From contig OX597816.1 of the NCBI GenBank assembly GCA_951406725.2, positions 55,552,001-55,616,000 on the forward strand: 64,000 bases of DNA, given 5' to 3'. Made by a program: the position numbers and the translations under genes. The stretch comes from Octopus vulgaris. Taxonomy: Eukaryota. This document shows, in pieces, positions 12,661 through 26,163 of this stretch (the first letter of the stretch is position 1; every line of letters begins with the position of its first letter). The notes beneath the pieces are model-generated. The model was not told the origin of the DNA, made no database searches, and was given only the letters and a program-made list of their open reading frames with translations.

Positions 12661-13954
12661 AAACTCACCTCCTTATGCTACATACTTACATAATCATAAA
12701 TATATATTTACATATATGTCTGCATATGTGCGTACAGACATATCCATACACAAGCACATGTATGTGTGTATATGTGTGTTTGTTTGTGTGTGTGTATGTG
12801 TGCGCGTGTACACTTATGTGTGTATGTTTATACACACACACACACACACACAGAAAGTACCAACTGTTAATTTCGTACTATTACCAACATACTGTGAATC
12901 AGATTGGCACCGCTAAAGAAAAGGAATGGTTTGAACCAAGAATGGAATCTGGGCTATAGTCCAACTTGTTACAACAAATGTTGTTTCTTCAGTCTCTGCT
13001 GAGGTACAGACTCACCTCCCCTCCACCCCACCCCCGACCTTACTGCAACATCGGTTAATTCACTACTGCTACATACTAACATATCCTATCCAATCTCCTT
13101 CATAAACTGTTTCCTTCTTTTTCGTTTTGTCTTTCTTTCCTTCTTCCATCTTTCTTTCATTTCTTCAACGTTCCATTCCACCAATTATATCTTTATTTCA
13201 AAAATTTCATTTCTTTCGCATTTAACCTTTAATATTTTCTATCTGCCTCACTAACAATATTCCATTCAAATATTTCATTATTCTCTTTCTTTCTTTCATT
13301 CTTCTTTTCTTCGTTTAAATCTTCATGTATTTGCCTTCCTTTCATTTACTGTTTTCCTCTGTAGTTTTATTTCCAAAATTTCGTTTATCGAAATATTTCA
13401 CGAGAAAAATACTTGTTTCTTTTCACTTCTCCAATCTTCTTTCTTTCTGGAGTTCACCAGGTTCGTTCACCATAATCCTCTACATATCTACCTCTCCCCG
13501 CTTTCTCCCGATCACCGTCAACCAGTATAACCTGGCACCACAATATTTCATCCCGGTTTCTACATCTACCTGTCTGCTCTCCATTAACGATATACACCCA
13601 ACCAGGTACACCAGTTTTCTCACCTGCTCGCTATTGTCACGCCGGGGGGAGCGACATAATATCACACACCACTACTTTCTCTGTAAACAGACCGGCTGCA
13701 GTACAAATCTCCACTCTCTGCTTGCATGTTCCTACAACATTAACATTTGTTCAATCACGAGCTGCACACACATACACACACACATATTCATCGTACACAT
13801 GCGTGCACACAAAAATACACACATATATAAAACTATATAGATATGCACGCAGAAAATGCGGAGTATATGTAAATGTCGCTACATGTTCATGAGTGTCTGG
13901 TATGGCCAGTTTGAATGTGTGGGTGTATAGTACATATACATTTATACGTGTTCG

Positions 13955-14008
<54 letters not shown>

Positions 14009-14032
14009 GTGTGCGCGACTGTGTGCGCCTGC

Positions 14033-14067
<35 letters not shown>

Positions 14068-14212
14068 TATATATATGTATCATATGATATATGATATACA
14101 CACACACCCACATATATATATATATATCATATATTATAATACTTATATGTATATATATATATGTATGTGTGTGTGAATGTCTATATGTATATATATGCAT
14201 ATATATATATAA

Positions 14213-14272
<60 letters not shown>

Positions 14273-14805
14273 GTATATACATATGTGTGTGTGTCTGTGT
14301 ATGTGTGTGTCTGTATGCATGAAAGTGTAGCATGCAAGCACATACAGACGCATGCAAGCTCATGTCTGTCTTGAACTTCCGTATCTGAGTGACATTAGGT
14401 GTAAATCATGTCTAACAATGTACACTATAAACTACGACCAACCAACGCGGAGGCACGGAAAATTTTTTTTATGGTCAGTCGTCCATCTAGAAATAACAGC
14501 CAGATCGTCCTTCAGTGAATCCTTCCATCTTACAATACTCTGCATGAAATAATGGTATCCAGCAAGTACTATGTGTTCGGGACATAAAATTTATGTGACT
14601 TTCACGGCTGAAAATATTTGAAATGCTAAATTTATTTGATTTCAACACCATCACCCAGCCTACACCAGCGCTAATACCACTAATAAAACCACCACCTATA
14701 CAGCCACCAATAAAGCAACAACATCAAATATGAGCTCTAGTAGAGTTATATAAAAGCATACGTATACACATACATACATACATCCCTTTATATATATACA
14801 TATAC

Positions 14806-14848
<43 letters not shown>

Positions 14849-14927
14849 CATACAAATATATATACATATATATATACATATACATATATACATATTTATA
14901 TATCTACATATATATATATATTATATA

Positions 14928-14989
<62 letters not shown>

Positions 14990-15068
14990 TATGTATATAT
15001 GCATTTATATTTACGTAAATCTATCTATCTATCTATCCCACTCGCTTCTCTCTCTCTCTCTCTCTCTA

Positions 15069-15134
<66 letters not shown>

Positions 15135-15413
15135 TGCATGTATGTATATCAGCGACGTAATTGTATTATGTAGTTCTATAAAGGTGTGTTTCTAACATAA
15201 AAATGCATGCATACGGCTTTATATTATTATCTATGAAATTGATGTAGCTATGTAATGGCAGGTATACATGTAGACATGAGTAAATGTTTCTACATGTTCG
15301 TGCAGAGGAAATATATGTACACACGCATAGAACGATTTCAGAAGAAATGACATAAAAGGAAGACGAAACATTGACAATTAGAGAAACTAACTTGTGTGCT
15401 TAGTAACAATGTC

Positions 15414-15489
<76 letters not shown>

Positions 15490-15589
15490 TACACATACTA
15501 ACACACATGCACGCACTTACACCGACTATAGTGAATTTATTTTCCCTCGTATATTTTTACCTGTTATCTCTAAGAATCTTTTGTATTTG

Positions 15590-16175
15590 TGTTAACATTT
15601 CATGTGTTGCTCTATTTTTCATTTTTGAGGGCGGTCTTTCTGGGAAGGAAGAACTGCCTGTAATTGTTAGTGGCGAAACCAGGTTTTGGACATATATTAT
15701 TGATTTGAGTGAATAGAGTCAGAGTCGAGTGGGAAGTACCTGAACGAAAGTCGGAGAGGAAGAACCAACTCCAAGAAATAGAGACTGTTTTAATAGCGTA
15801 AGAACAAAGGAAGGTGCATGAAGCAACATCTGTGGATGAGGGGTTGGAGAATGTTGTCTGAATAGCTTCGTCCCAATTATGAATGTAGTTTCGATTTGAT
15901 GGAGATCTTGGATGTCCATGCATGTAGAAGGAGAAATATTCCAGATGTTGTTTTATTGTAGGCCGTACCTGATCTGTGTAAAGATACAGCTGCTGTGTAA
16001 AGATATAACCTCACTGAAGTGTGCTCTAGTTGTGAAAAGTCGCACGACTGTTTGCGATGCGGAGCTTTTCAAGTTAAGGCTAGGAGTTCTGCAGGAGAGA
16101 TTCTCGATAATAGGGAGTCTTAGCATCTGAAAGTGTTGTAGCTATATATTAACGGTGATCAAGTGTTTGCTATGT
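15590..16175 (-). mobile_element. Highly decayed retroelement 3' fragment, probably PLE
   Basis: Non-microsatellite block between repeats. The minus frame CMDIQDLHQIETTFIIGTK resembles the C-terminal E..I/F helix of PLE endonucleases. No decisive motif. Confidence 0.3.
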
Positions 16176-16244
16176 GTTAATACTTTCTTGATATATACAT
16201 ATAGTAATTATATACGGAACACATACATATTATGTGTGTATATA

Positions 16245-16315
<71 letters not shown>

Positions 16316-16356
16316 TGTGTATATGTAATACATTTGTATTGCAATATATATATATG

Positions 16357-16443
16357 TATAGCAAGAATAAAATGGAGGGAATCCAGAAGTAACAGCCGAT
16401 GAATACTACTTCTGGATTCCCTCCATTTTCTTCTTGCCATATA
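16357..16443. repeat. Hairpin with ~35-bp arms; the loop contains CCGATGA
   Basis: gcaagaataaaatggagggaatccagaagta / tacttctggattccctccattttcttcttgc, loop acagccgatgaatac. Confidence 0.85.
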
Positions 16444-16616
16444 AACTAAGGGTAAAACCACTTGTTACCCTAGGCCAGTTTTTATATATTCAGTAGGGTA
16501 ATTGCCACGCAATAACCAACACTTGTGTATTAATAAGGTATTCTAACAGCAGTATATTGGATATATACCATCCCTTTGTTGGTTCACAACCTCTAACCTT
16601 CTTTGAATTAAACATA

Positions 16617-16668
<52 letters not shown>

Positions 16669-16684
16669 TCGCCATGATAGAGCG

Positions 16685-16880
16685 TTAGCCACTACACACA
16701 TTTTTCCTCTTCTTTTTTCTCTCCTTATTTCTCTCCTTGTTTTCTTTTTCTGTCCCTTTCTGTAGAAGAGCGTAGGCTCGAAACGTAAAATACTTTTTTC
16801 TATTCTTGTGCGTTATACTAATACGTCTGTTTGTTTTGTACCCCACCTGTCTTCGTCTTTTGTTTTTATCGTAAACTTTC

Positions 16881-16882
<2 letters not shown>
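16685..16882 (+). mobile_element. Short PLE-end-like repeat with a hammerhead variant at 16756-16790; other copies at ~40710-40855 (+) and ~52390-52555 (-)
   Basis: cttt-CTGTAGA-a-GAGC-gtag-GCTC-GAA-ACGT-A-aaa. The downstream tgtcttcg..ttt..tttt..gtaaactt is shared with the other two copies. Confidence 0.7.
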
Positions 16883-16917
<35 letters not shown>

Positions 16918-16994
16918 TACGTGCATACGTATATATATATATATGTGTTTATATATGTGTGTATATATATATATACATATATATACATATATAT

Positions 16995-17040
<46 letters not shown>

Positions 17041-17042
17041 TA

Positions 17043-17100
<58 letters not shown>

Positions 17101-17109
17101 TATATATGA

Positions 17110-17151
<42 letters not shown>

Positions 17152-17444
17152 GTGCATATATGGGTACAGGACGTCACCGACTGTTTAGACAACATGAAGT
17201 ACGAAATCGAACGATTTAAATACGCAAACAACGAGAAAAAACGGAAAACATGACAAGTAACATAAAGAATGACCCTTCATCAGTTGCTGGCTGTCTATCT
17301 ACTCATTTCGAGCATTCACCGACAATATGAGACTTCGGAGAGAGTAGCTCAACCATAAATTACTAAATAAAATTAAGGATTTATGGAGTGTCAAAGTTGG
17401 GAACACAAACAGGAAAGTGGAGACAATGCATATCAAATATATAA

Positions 17445-17606
<162 letters not shown>

Positions 17607-17607
17607 G

Positions 17608-17882
17608 TGAAGGCACATGGCCTAGTGGTTAGAGCCGCGGACTCGCGGTCGAGTGATACAGGTTCGAATCTCAGACAGGGTGATGTGTGTGTTTATGAGC
17701 AAAACACTTAAGCTCCAAATGGCTCTGGCAGAAGGTAATGGCGAACTTCTGCTGACTCTTTCGCCACAACTCTCTCTTACTCTTTCCTCCTGCATCTTGT
17801 AGCTCACCTGTGAGGAACCTGTACGCCAACGAAACCGGGAAACCTGTCCTATGAGCCAGGCATCGCTCGAGAAGGAACAAAC
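17608..17882 (+). mobile_element. tRNA-derived SINE, family C
   Basis: A-box TGGCCTAGTGGTTAG, B-box GGTTCGAATCTC, then TGTGTTTATGAGCAAAACACTTAA body and an A-rich tail. Confidence 0.8.
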
Positions 17883-18009
17883 ATAAATATATATATAAAT
17901 TTGTTTATGTGTGTAGCATGACTACAGTTGAATGAGACAAGAATTGTATCACCAACACGACTGGGTCCTCTCTTGCTCTCAATCCATTGAGTCGTCTCCG
18001 ATTTAGATG

Positions 18010-19080
18010 ACTAAATTATAAACGAATGACAATTTTCATGGTGAAAGTTTGTTAGAAAAAAAGAGTGTAAAATTATTTTATACAGGAGCGTTGTGTAACA
18101 CAGATACAGTCCATCTATATCAGGGGCGCCTATTCTTGGTAGGTCGAATGATGTTCTTTCAGGATTTGTGTTGCTACCGTCAAAACGGTTGAGGAGTAGG
18201 GGCCGAAACCGGACGTGGTTCCTCCTGATGATGTCTTGAGATAACTGGATCCTATAAAGGAGCTGTTGTGTTAGCAGATCACGAAACACGGTTGCAATTC
18301 TTATGTCTCAGTTCAAAGCGGTGATTATTGTCCTCGAAATATCTGGGTTGCTAGGATATCGAAGTCGAAACAACAGCTTCTAAGCATAGAATCAGTAGAG
18401 GTTCGCACTGAGTATCGTGTGAATGTCGTTGGGTAGTTGTGATATGGCAGTGACCAGACGATCGGAAAGTAGCGGAGGTGGTTGTGATGAGTTAAAGATT
18501 GGGTTTTAAGCAAAAATGAAGTAAAAGTTGTTTCGAGTATCTTTGTGTGTTTCTTGGGGTTATGTGTTCCGTGGAATTAGTTGATGTTGAAATTTGAAGG
18601 TTGCAAAAGATTCGAATTCTGTGGCAATATGATCTGTATGGGATGAATGTGGGAGATAGTTGATTTAGAAGAAGATAGCAATGGAGATGGGTATTGAAAG
18701 AAAGTAACTGGTAGTGTTTCGTTTATATATCGAGGTGCGTGAGGAGAGGGGCCGAATGAGAGTGGGGTCTAAACATGCAGCGGCACCGACTTTGGGAGTA
18801 GTGGTTGAATAGGGCGTGTAGCTCAGAAAGCAATGTTTCACTATAATTAACAATCGGGATACTTCTGCCTCGGAAACAAATTTCAAGTGTACTCTTGGTG
18901 CTGCTAAGCATGTGTGTAGAGTCAAGATAACAGAGAATTGTAGGAGCTTTAAAGGCGAGTGAGTTATCTAGCACATTGAGTATTTGTTTTGTGCATTCAT
19001 AAAAATGTAGGATTTATGAGTGTTTTGTGAGGCTACAGCAGTGATAATGGGAACAACCTTGGCACAGGCTTGATTCTAAA
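18010..19080 (-). mobile_element. Decayed retroelement fragment, family not determined
   Basis: Several broken minus-strand ORFs. A degenerate HHR-like TTGAGGA...GAAACCGGAC lies at ~18189-18215 on the plus strand. Confidence 0.3.
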
Positions 19081-19194
19081 ACTTCCAATGGTGGTTTGTA
19101 ATATGTTTTGCGTTCATTAAACAGTAAAACATGTCACATAGGAAAAACCGCACGCACACAAACACATTTCATTTTGGTCGATCTAAAGTCTTTG

Positions 19195-19458
19195 GTGAAA
19201 GACTACGCTAAGGTACAAGTGAAAGACTACGCTGAGGTACAAATGAAAGACTACGCTGAGATACAAGTGAAAGACTACGCTGAGGTACAAGTGAAAGACT
19301 ACGCTGAGGTACAAGTTAAAGACTACGCTGAGGTACAAGTGAAAGACTACGCTGAGGTACAAGTGAAAGACTACGCTGAGGTACAAGTGAAAGACTACGC
19401 CGAGGTACAAGTGAAAGACTACGCTGAGGTACAAGTGAAAGACTACGCTGAGGAACAA
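19195..19458. repeat. Minisatellite: 11 x 24 bp (GTGAAAGACTACGCTGAGGTACAA)
   Basis: Eleven head-to-tail units with single substitutions and no spacers. The array is followed by CTCAGCGTAG, the reverse complement of the unit core. Confidence 0.95.
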
Positions 19459-19696
19459 GTGAAACTCAGCGTAGCAAAAGACCGATTGGACCAAAGCAAA
19501 ATATGGCAAATTCCATTAACTTTCCAGCCACAATATGCCTGAAGATCCTATGTGCTTCCCGATAAAACTCAGAGGAGAAAGAAACTGACCGGACCAGATA
19601 TAAATATAATAGTATTAATCTCTACCATGGTATTCAGTACAAAGAACATAAATACATATGTATGTATGTATGTAAGTATGTATGTATTTATGTATG

Positions 19697-19730
<34 letters not shown>

Positions 19731-19787
19731 TGTATGTATGTATGTATGTATGTATGTATGTATGTATTGCGCGTGTGTGTGAATGAG

Positions 19788-20075
19788 TGAAGGTCCGTGG
19801 CTTAGTGGTTACGGTATTTGGCTCACGATCGTAAGGTGGTGAGTTCAATTCACGGCGACGAGCGTGTTGTGTCCTTGAGCAAGACACTTTATTTCGCGTT
19901 GCTCCAGTTCACTCAACTGGCAAAAACGAGTTGTAATTAAAAAACCAGCTTTCTCACATTCTCTGCCATGAGAACAACGTTAAACGTGCACGTGCCTGTG
20001 GAATACTCAACCACTTGCACGTTAAAGCTGTTCTGTTGATCGGATCCACTGGAACCTTCGCCGGAATGCCAATTC
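19788..20075 (+). mobile_element. tRNA-derived SINE, family C-related
   Basis: A-box TGGCTTAGTGGTTA, B-box GAGTTCAATTC, then GTGTCCTTGAGCAAGACACTTTA domain. Confidence 0.8.
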
Positions 20076-20087
20076 GTGTGTGTGTGT

Positions 20088-20126
<39 letters not shown>

Positions 20127-23100
20127 TATGTGTGTATAAATGCACATAAATATATACACCACGCATATCAAGAGAGGAAGATTGGGTTTGCTGACTAGAT
20201 TAGACGACGGCTGAAGTTAACCTCATAATTTTGAGAACTTGAAAACCAGCATATTTCTGGGATATATTTAAAAGAAATGCTTGTTGTTGCTGTTACTAAT
20301 GTAGATTTTCTTATGACAATGTTAGTTCTGTTACTAGTTTTGGTGTTTTCGATGGGTCTTGCATCCGACGTTAGTTGTGACTGAACACGGGTGTTCTGTC
20401 GAATGACTGAGTGACAGTCTGTTCGATGTATGGTTCCAGAAATATCATAGAAACATCTAGATTTGGGCCTAGAAGGTTTATTAACGGACAAGCTGTGTAA
20501 CCGTTTTATGTCGTTTCCCGAGTACCGTTTAGTTATTTTGTCGATGTCTTTGTGGCACTGAATTGAATGAGATAAAGTGGAGTTGATTGAGGTGGGAACC
20601 CGGCCAATAAGATAGTAATATAATGATTGAGGTACAGCAATTAGGGATATCATGCTCTTGTTCTTCGATATATATCCCACAATGTTAGTGTTTCTTTAAG
20701 AACGGGTGACCATCGATTTGCTTGTTCTTGTCTGTATTTTGTGATTGTTTAATTAAATGTATTAAAGTAGATGATGTTTTTTGAATGGTTTTATAATTGT
20801 TTCTCGGTGTTGTAGAGGTGAGACTCTTATAAATGTTGTGAGTCACAAATTTTGATAATCTTTCTTGAAGAATCCACTAACATAATGGTAAAGGAAAGCA
20901 CAAAAATATTCTGTAGAATCCCCGTCTTCTTCAGAACCAGATATCACTTCAACTCTGTGTAACTACTGGAGATCTACAAATATCAAGTGACTCCTGTTCA
21001 ACATCGGAAGCGGTGCCGCTAAAGAATATAATCGTATGCTATACACACGATTATATTCTGTGTAAAGGAAGTCACACAGTTAATAGTATGACTGCGCCAC
21101 ACAAAATCCTCGTCCACTAATGGTTGTCTACTCATTTTCACTCATGAACCTCGTTACAACAGCTTCTGTTTTCATAACCTATCTACTTCCCACATCATTT
21201 CCTCGCAAGGGGATCCAGTACACCGGCCTTTCCTATTCTTCTCACCAATTTAGTACCTACCTCCCCAGTCCCAGCATTTAGTACCGTATATATTCCTTAT
21301 TCCCAAGACGTCAAGCGTCTGAGATGTTTTATCCACCTACAATACGAGTCTTCTCTGAGAAACAGAGATCACTTACAACAATAAGATTTGTAAAATATAG
21401 AGAAATGAGACGACAAGTCTGTGAACCAAGGGTCGATATACATTGGTGAATGATTGCATGTCATGTAGTCTCTCTGTGACCTGGTTGTCATTAAGTGCAA
21501 CAACATTGTCTCATGTGTGGTCTGTGTTCTATTGTTTTACTTGAGATTTGTCGTGAATTAGTAAGTATTGAAAGATTAAGTATTCCCTGACGTCGACGAC
21601 GAGCAACTCCACTGTTGGAGTTTAGATTTGCACAGTGTTACTTTATCACCAAGATGTCTTATTTCGTGTCAGCTGGATCGAACATAAATATGAATACAAC
21701 GCATTGAAGCTATCATCTCGTCTTCTGTTTTCCTAAATAGACCAACTATTTTACCGAATATATTCATTACTTAGAGTTTAGTATATTTGGTTGCTATTTC
21801 TAGAGGTCGAGTGGCAGATTAATGGCTGCTTTGTTGGTTTATAAAATATAAATGGTGATGAGTTGTCATCAGTTTCATTTTTTAATACGGTTTCAAATAT
21901 CCAGGTTTTGAATGCTACAATATTTTCTTGATGGTGGTTTTTATTCTGTGTAACTGAGTCGTGAGTTCTGTGGAGGTTTATTTAGTATTGTAATTATAGC
22001 AATATTGCTTGACTAACGGACATTTTCTGTAATGAAATATTTAATTGCATTAAACTGTTTATTTGAGCCATTTGTATTCAGTGTTACAATTCAGTGGCTT
22101 CCTTCTCCTTCTGTATTTCTGTGGTGTTCTAGTTTTTTGGGGGGTTTTTTAAAAATATTTCGCTGATATCATTCTTGTTGTTTTTAAGTGGATGATATTG
22201 TTGCTGTTGCTGTCGAGTGAACAATTATGTCTGTCCTAGCATTTCCAGTCCGAATGGCCCAACTTTTTAACGATTTTCATGTATAATATTATTGAACATA
22301 TCCTCCTCTTTTAAATATAATAGCATGTGAGTTTAAAGTCATTTAGCTGCTATTTTAGTATATCAAAGACATCCATAAAATCTATATCTTTAACTCATCA
22401 TTTTGTTGCATTTGAAATGTCTGTCGCAAGTTCACAGTTGCAACTGGAGACATCAATAGGACTAACAGACAGAGCTACAATATCATATCTTGTGCTACGC
22501 CATTCACGAAATCTTTACCTCATCTCTTCTCTGTGTGTGTGTGTGTGTGTATGTGTGTGCGCGTGTGTGTTTATGTGTGTGTGTGCTTGTGTGGGTGTAT
22601 TTGATATTTATGGCGTTATCTTCCTGCATTTGATCGTGAATAATGGGCGGAGTTAAAGCCCTGACTTTCTTCGTCGCCTCCTGTCTATTTACAAGTCGAT
22701 ATTTTCGCGTTTGCCCACATTTACTTCCTCACTTATTGTGTCAGGAATTAAATTCTCCAATACGTTTTTTTTTTTTTTTTTAGGAATACATGCTGTAGCT
22801 TTACGAAAACTTATCTTGGAATAACTGTCAGTTCGTAAGAACATGACAATGTTATTGTGTACAACTAGTCGGGTGTTACTGATGACATTTAAAACATGGA
22901 AATATAAAAGTCGGGTTGGCCAGAGACAAAATTGACATAATGCTTTGCAGTATTCACTTAATATATTTAAGTTATTTATTCCATCACGGCCAAGATTATG
23001 CTAGGTTTCTGTCCTTTCGTTGTTAATACATTAATGTATCAGTCATATAAACCGTAGATTTAATCGAGCAGTCCCTCACTCATGCCTTTCGTAGAAATTA

Positions 23101-23149
23101 ATATTGCTTGCTCTCCTTTTCTTATAAATGTCAGGAAGCAACCAAAATG

Positions 23150-23247
<98 letters not shown>

Positions 23248-23248
23248 G

Positions 23249-23281
<33 letters not shown>

Positions 23282-25867
23282 GTATCTGTCAGTTAAACGC
23301 AGAATGAGAGAGAGTGAGAGTGAGAGAGAAAGAGTGAGAGAGATTTCATGATACAAACAGGACAAATAGTTATAGTCTTAATCAACAGACATAGTAAAGG
23401 GACTCAAAGGCCGAAAGTTTCATTCAAAGCATTAATCAACTCGTTTAACTGACAAGTGGTCTACACGGGGCTCTCGGCCCTTAATTCACTTTGTAATTTC
23501 TGAGGAATATAAATAAATATATGTGCGCGGCCGTACGTATCACCATCTAATATATAATTTTCGTACCTAATTTTAAGCATTCCGAAGGTGAAGTATATTG
23601 ATTTTTTTTATGTTAAGTCCGAGGGATAAATGCTCATTTTGTTTTGTTTGATGACAGAATGCAAAGAATAGAATAAAATTTTAAAAGAATTATGAAAGAA
23701 ATGATTTGGGGAAATCACTCGCAAAGATTTGGAGAGTGAAGCATATTCTATTTAACACCGAACTGTTTAAAATAATCTCTGTAGAACTATATTTGAATTC
23801 ATTTCATGTCCTTAAGGAAAAACCTTATAATTGTTAATACTTTGAAGCGACATTCTAAAATGTATGTATGTGTATTAATTAACTTGTCAGAATGGAAGTA
23901 TTGGTTCAAATTTCACACTTCAATAAAATTTGTTTTACATCTTTTGACATCTTGTGAGAGTGCAACTGTTACTTTCTGCAGAAGTTGCCAGTAAATTTCA
24001 TCTCTACATTTCAATACGTTTGAATTAATACTGTTTATTTGTTCATCAGAAGAAATAACTTCCTTTCAGAATAACCACGTGCAAATTTAATTTATTTACA
24101 TAATAACCCAAACACATCTGTTGGGCAATTTCTAAATTCTAATCACACATTTTCGAAGGAGGTGCATTGCAATTTAATCAAACAGTAAAATATTGTTTTA
24201 TTCAGCCGAAGCGACAATATTGGCTTTGAAAATCGTTCTTTTAATGTGATTTTTAAAAATCTTCAGGATATGAAATGCCTATATTAAATTCTTGGACTGC
24301 ATTAAATTATCAGATCTTATAAAGATTAGAAACTACTTCGAAATTTAGAAAGAGACTGTATTTTACAAAATGATTAATCAGCACTCTGCCTTCGGCCACT
24401 GCTCAACCTGAATATATCCGACTCTAAATGTTATAAGGATGATGCAAAATAAGATAAGGCGCCTCCATTCCCCACTATTTTGCAAGAAGCTCCATCTGTC
24501 GAGCACCACTGCCAAATGCATGGGATATTTGATAACATTACTGACTTGTCTGTTTGTCTGTCATTAATCACTGTTAATGCATTCATCTGCTGACAAATGC
24601 CTTGTCCTTAACATTGTCATCAATCCCCTTCTTTTATGGCAACAACAGTGTTGAGACCGTGGCTTGCTTCTACAATGCAAAGAGACGCCTGTATCGATGT
24701 TTGTCGACTCCAACTAGAAAATTTTCCTCAGTACTCAAGTTCGAATTCAAAACAAAAGACGAGGGATCGTCACTCCAAGTTATCGTCTGTGACACTTTGA
24801 AAAGTTCCGTCATCAATCTATACCTTTAAATGATATTTTTTAATTTATCGACTCCGAAAGACTGGAAAACAAAGATAATGGCCACGGGATTTGAACTCAA
24901 AGCACTAACTCAAAAGCATAAATCCGCCAAAAATTGAACCCGATGCTTCAACTATTGTGAAAGAACTGGAAGCATTTTGATAAGTCTTCTACCGTCTGTG
25001 TCTGGCTGAGAACAAAAATGATGTTTTCTGTTATCTTTCACGATAATCGTTAGCTTAGATCGATAATTGACTTAGGTTGTCTTTCTTGATCAAGACCCAC
25101 ATAATTGCTATCTATTTCTATAAGTTGAATATCACTGTCAATACAGAGTTAAAGTTGAAGTGTTTGCTATTGATAGAGAGGAATTTCGAAAAACACGAAA
25201 ATAAAGTGAGAAAAGGAAGACCGACGAGAATGTTGTTGGGATAAGGCTTTTGATATTTGAAAAGTTATTTTCCGTCATTGCACAATACGACAATCAACCT
25301 TCATTTCGACTCCTCCATTATTGCATGTAACGCACAATAGCCTACGAGGGATAGTTTACCTCAAGTTCGTTTATATTTGAAATATCATTAAGTACTTTTG
25401 CATTTACAAGGTTCTGGGGATGTATATTTGTTGCAGAAACACGAACTAAATAACTTCATATCTGACATTAACGGAGAAAAACTTCTAAATGAGACTCTAT
25501 TAGATAATGCTAGAAAAAGAAAAGAAAATCTGGCAATGCAAAAGCAAAGGATATTTGTAGACTGAATAATATCAAGAAAGAAAAAAAAATTTGTGTAAAA
25601 AATGCTGAACATCACAATTTTCCAAACAGAATCAATGTACGCAGTATCGAAAAAGTCCAATGACTACCCAACTTCAAAAATAATTGTATTATCTTTACAA
25701 TTGGTATAAAGATGTTATGAATATGAATGAAGGAAGATTAAAAAGATTTCGCTAATGCTATGAGGTTAAGCAGTTCTTTTGGCAGCCATGGAGCCGTTTT
25801 CAATTTCAATTTAGGGAAATATCTTCTGCGTAGCCATGAAATAAGGAATATGTTTGAACTGAAATTT

Positions 25868-25931
<64 letters not shown>

Positions 25932-26054
25932 AACTGTGTGTGTGTATTTGTATATATATATATATATATATATCTGTGTGTGTGTATTTGTATATATATA
26001 TATATATATAGTAAAAGAAAGACGGAAGATGGAATATACGAGAATTTATTATTA

Positions 26055-26163
26055 ATGACGACAATTGTTTCGACATATCTAGCATCGTTCCCTCGCGGGT
26101 GGGACACTCAACAACTGGTTCAGGAGCATCATTCGACGGTGCAGAAGCGTCTCATCGGGTGAT
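26055..26163 (-). ncRNA. Hammerhead-like motif with greatly extended stem II
   Basis: Minus strand: atcac-CCGATGA-GAC...(~75 nt)...GTC-GAA-ACAATTGT-C-gtcat, with palindromic stem III and a GUC triplet. Confidence 0.5.

Noticed and set aside
13325-13840. 171-aa plus ORF
   Set aside because: Pyrimidine-rich start and microsatellite end, with no family motif.
19108-19542. 24-bp array as a CRISPR array or as a VKDYAEVQ repeat protein
   Set aside because: Units are contiguous with no spacers, no cas genes are present and the context is eukaryotic. The ORF is open only because the 24-bp unit lacks stops, and the opposite strand is open too.
20195-20680. 161-aa minus ORF as a host gene
   Set aside because: No recognisable domain or clear splice sites. 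More likely decayed retroelement sequence, but not assignable.
25400-25720. Plus-strand coding-like stretch (HLQGSGDVYLLQKHELNNF...)
   Set aside because: Interrupted by stops, weak acceptor, no recognisable motif.
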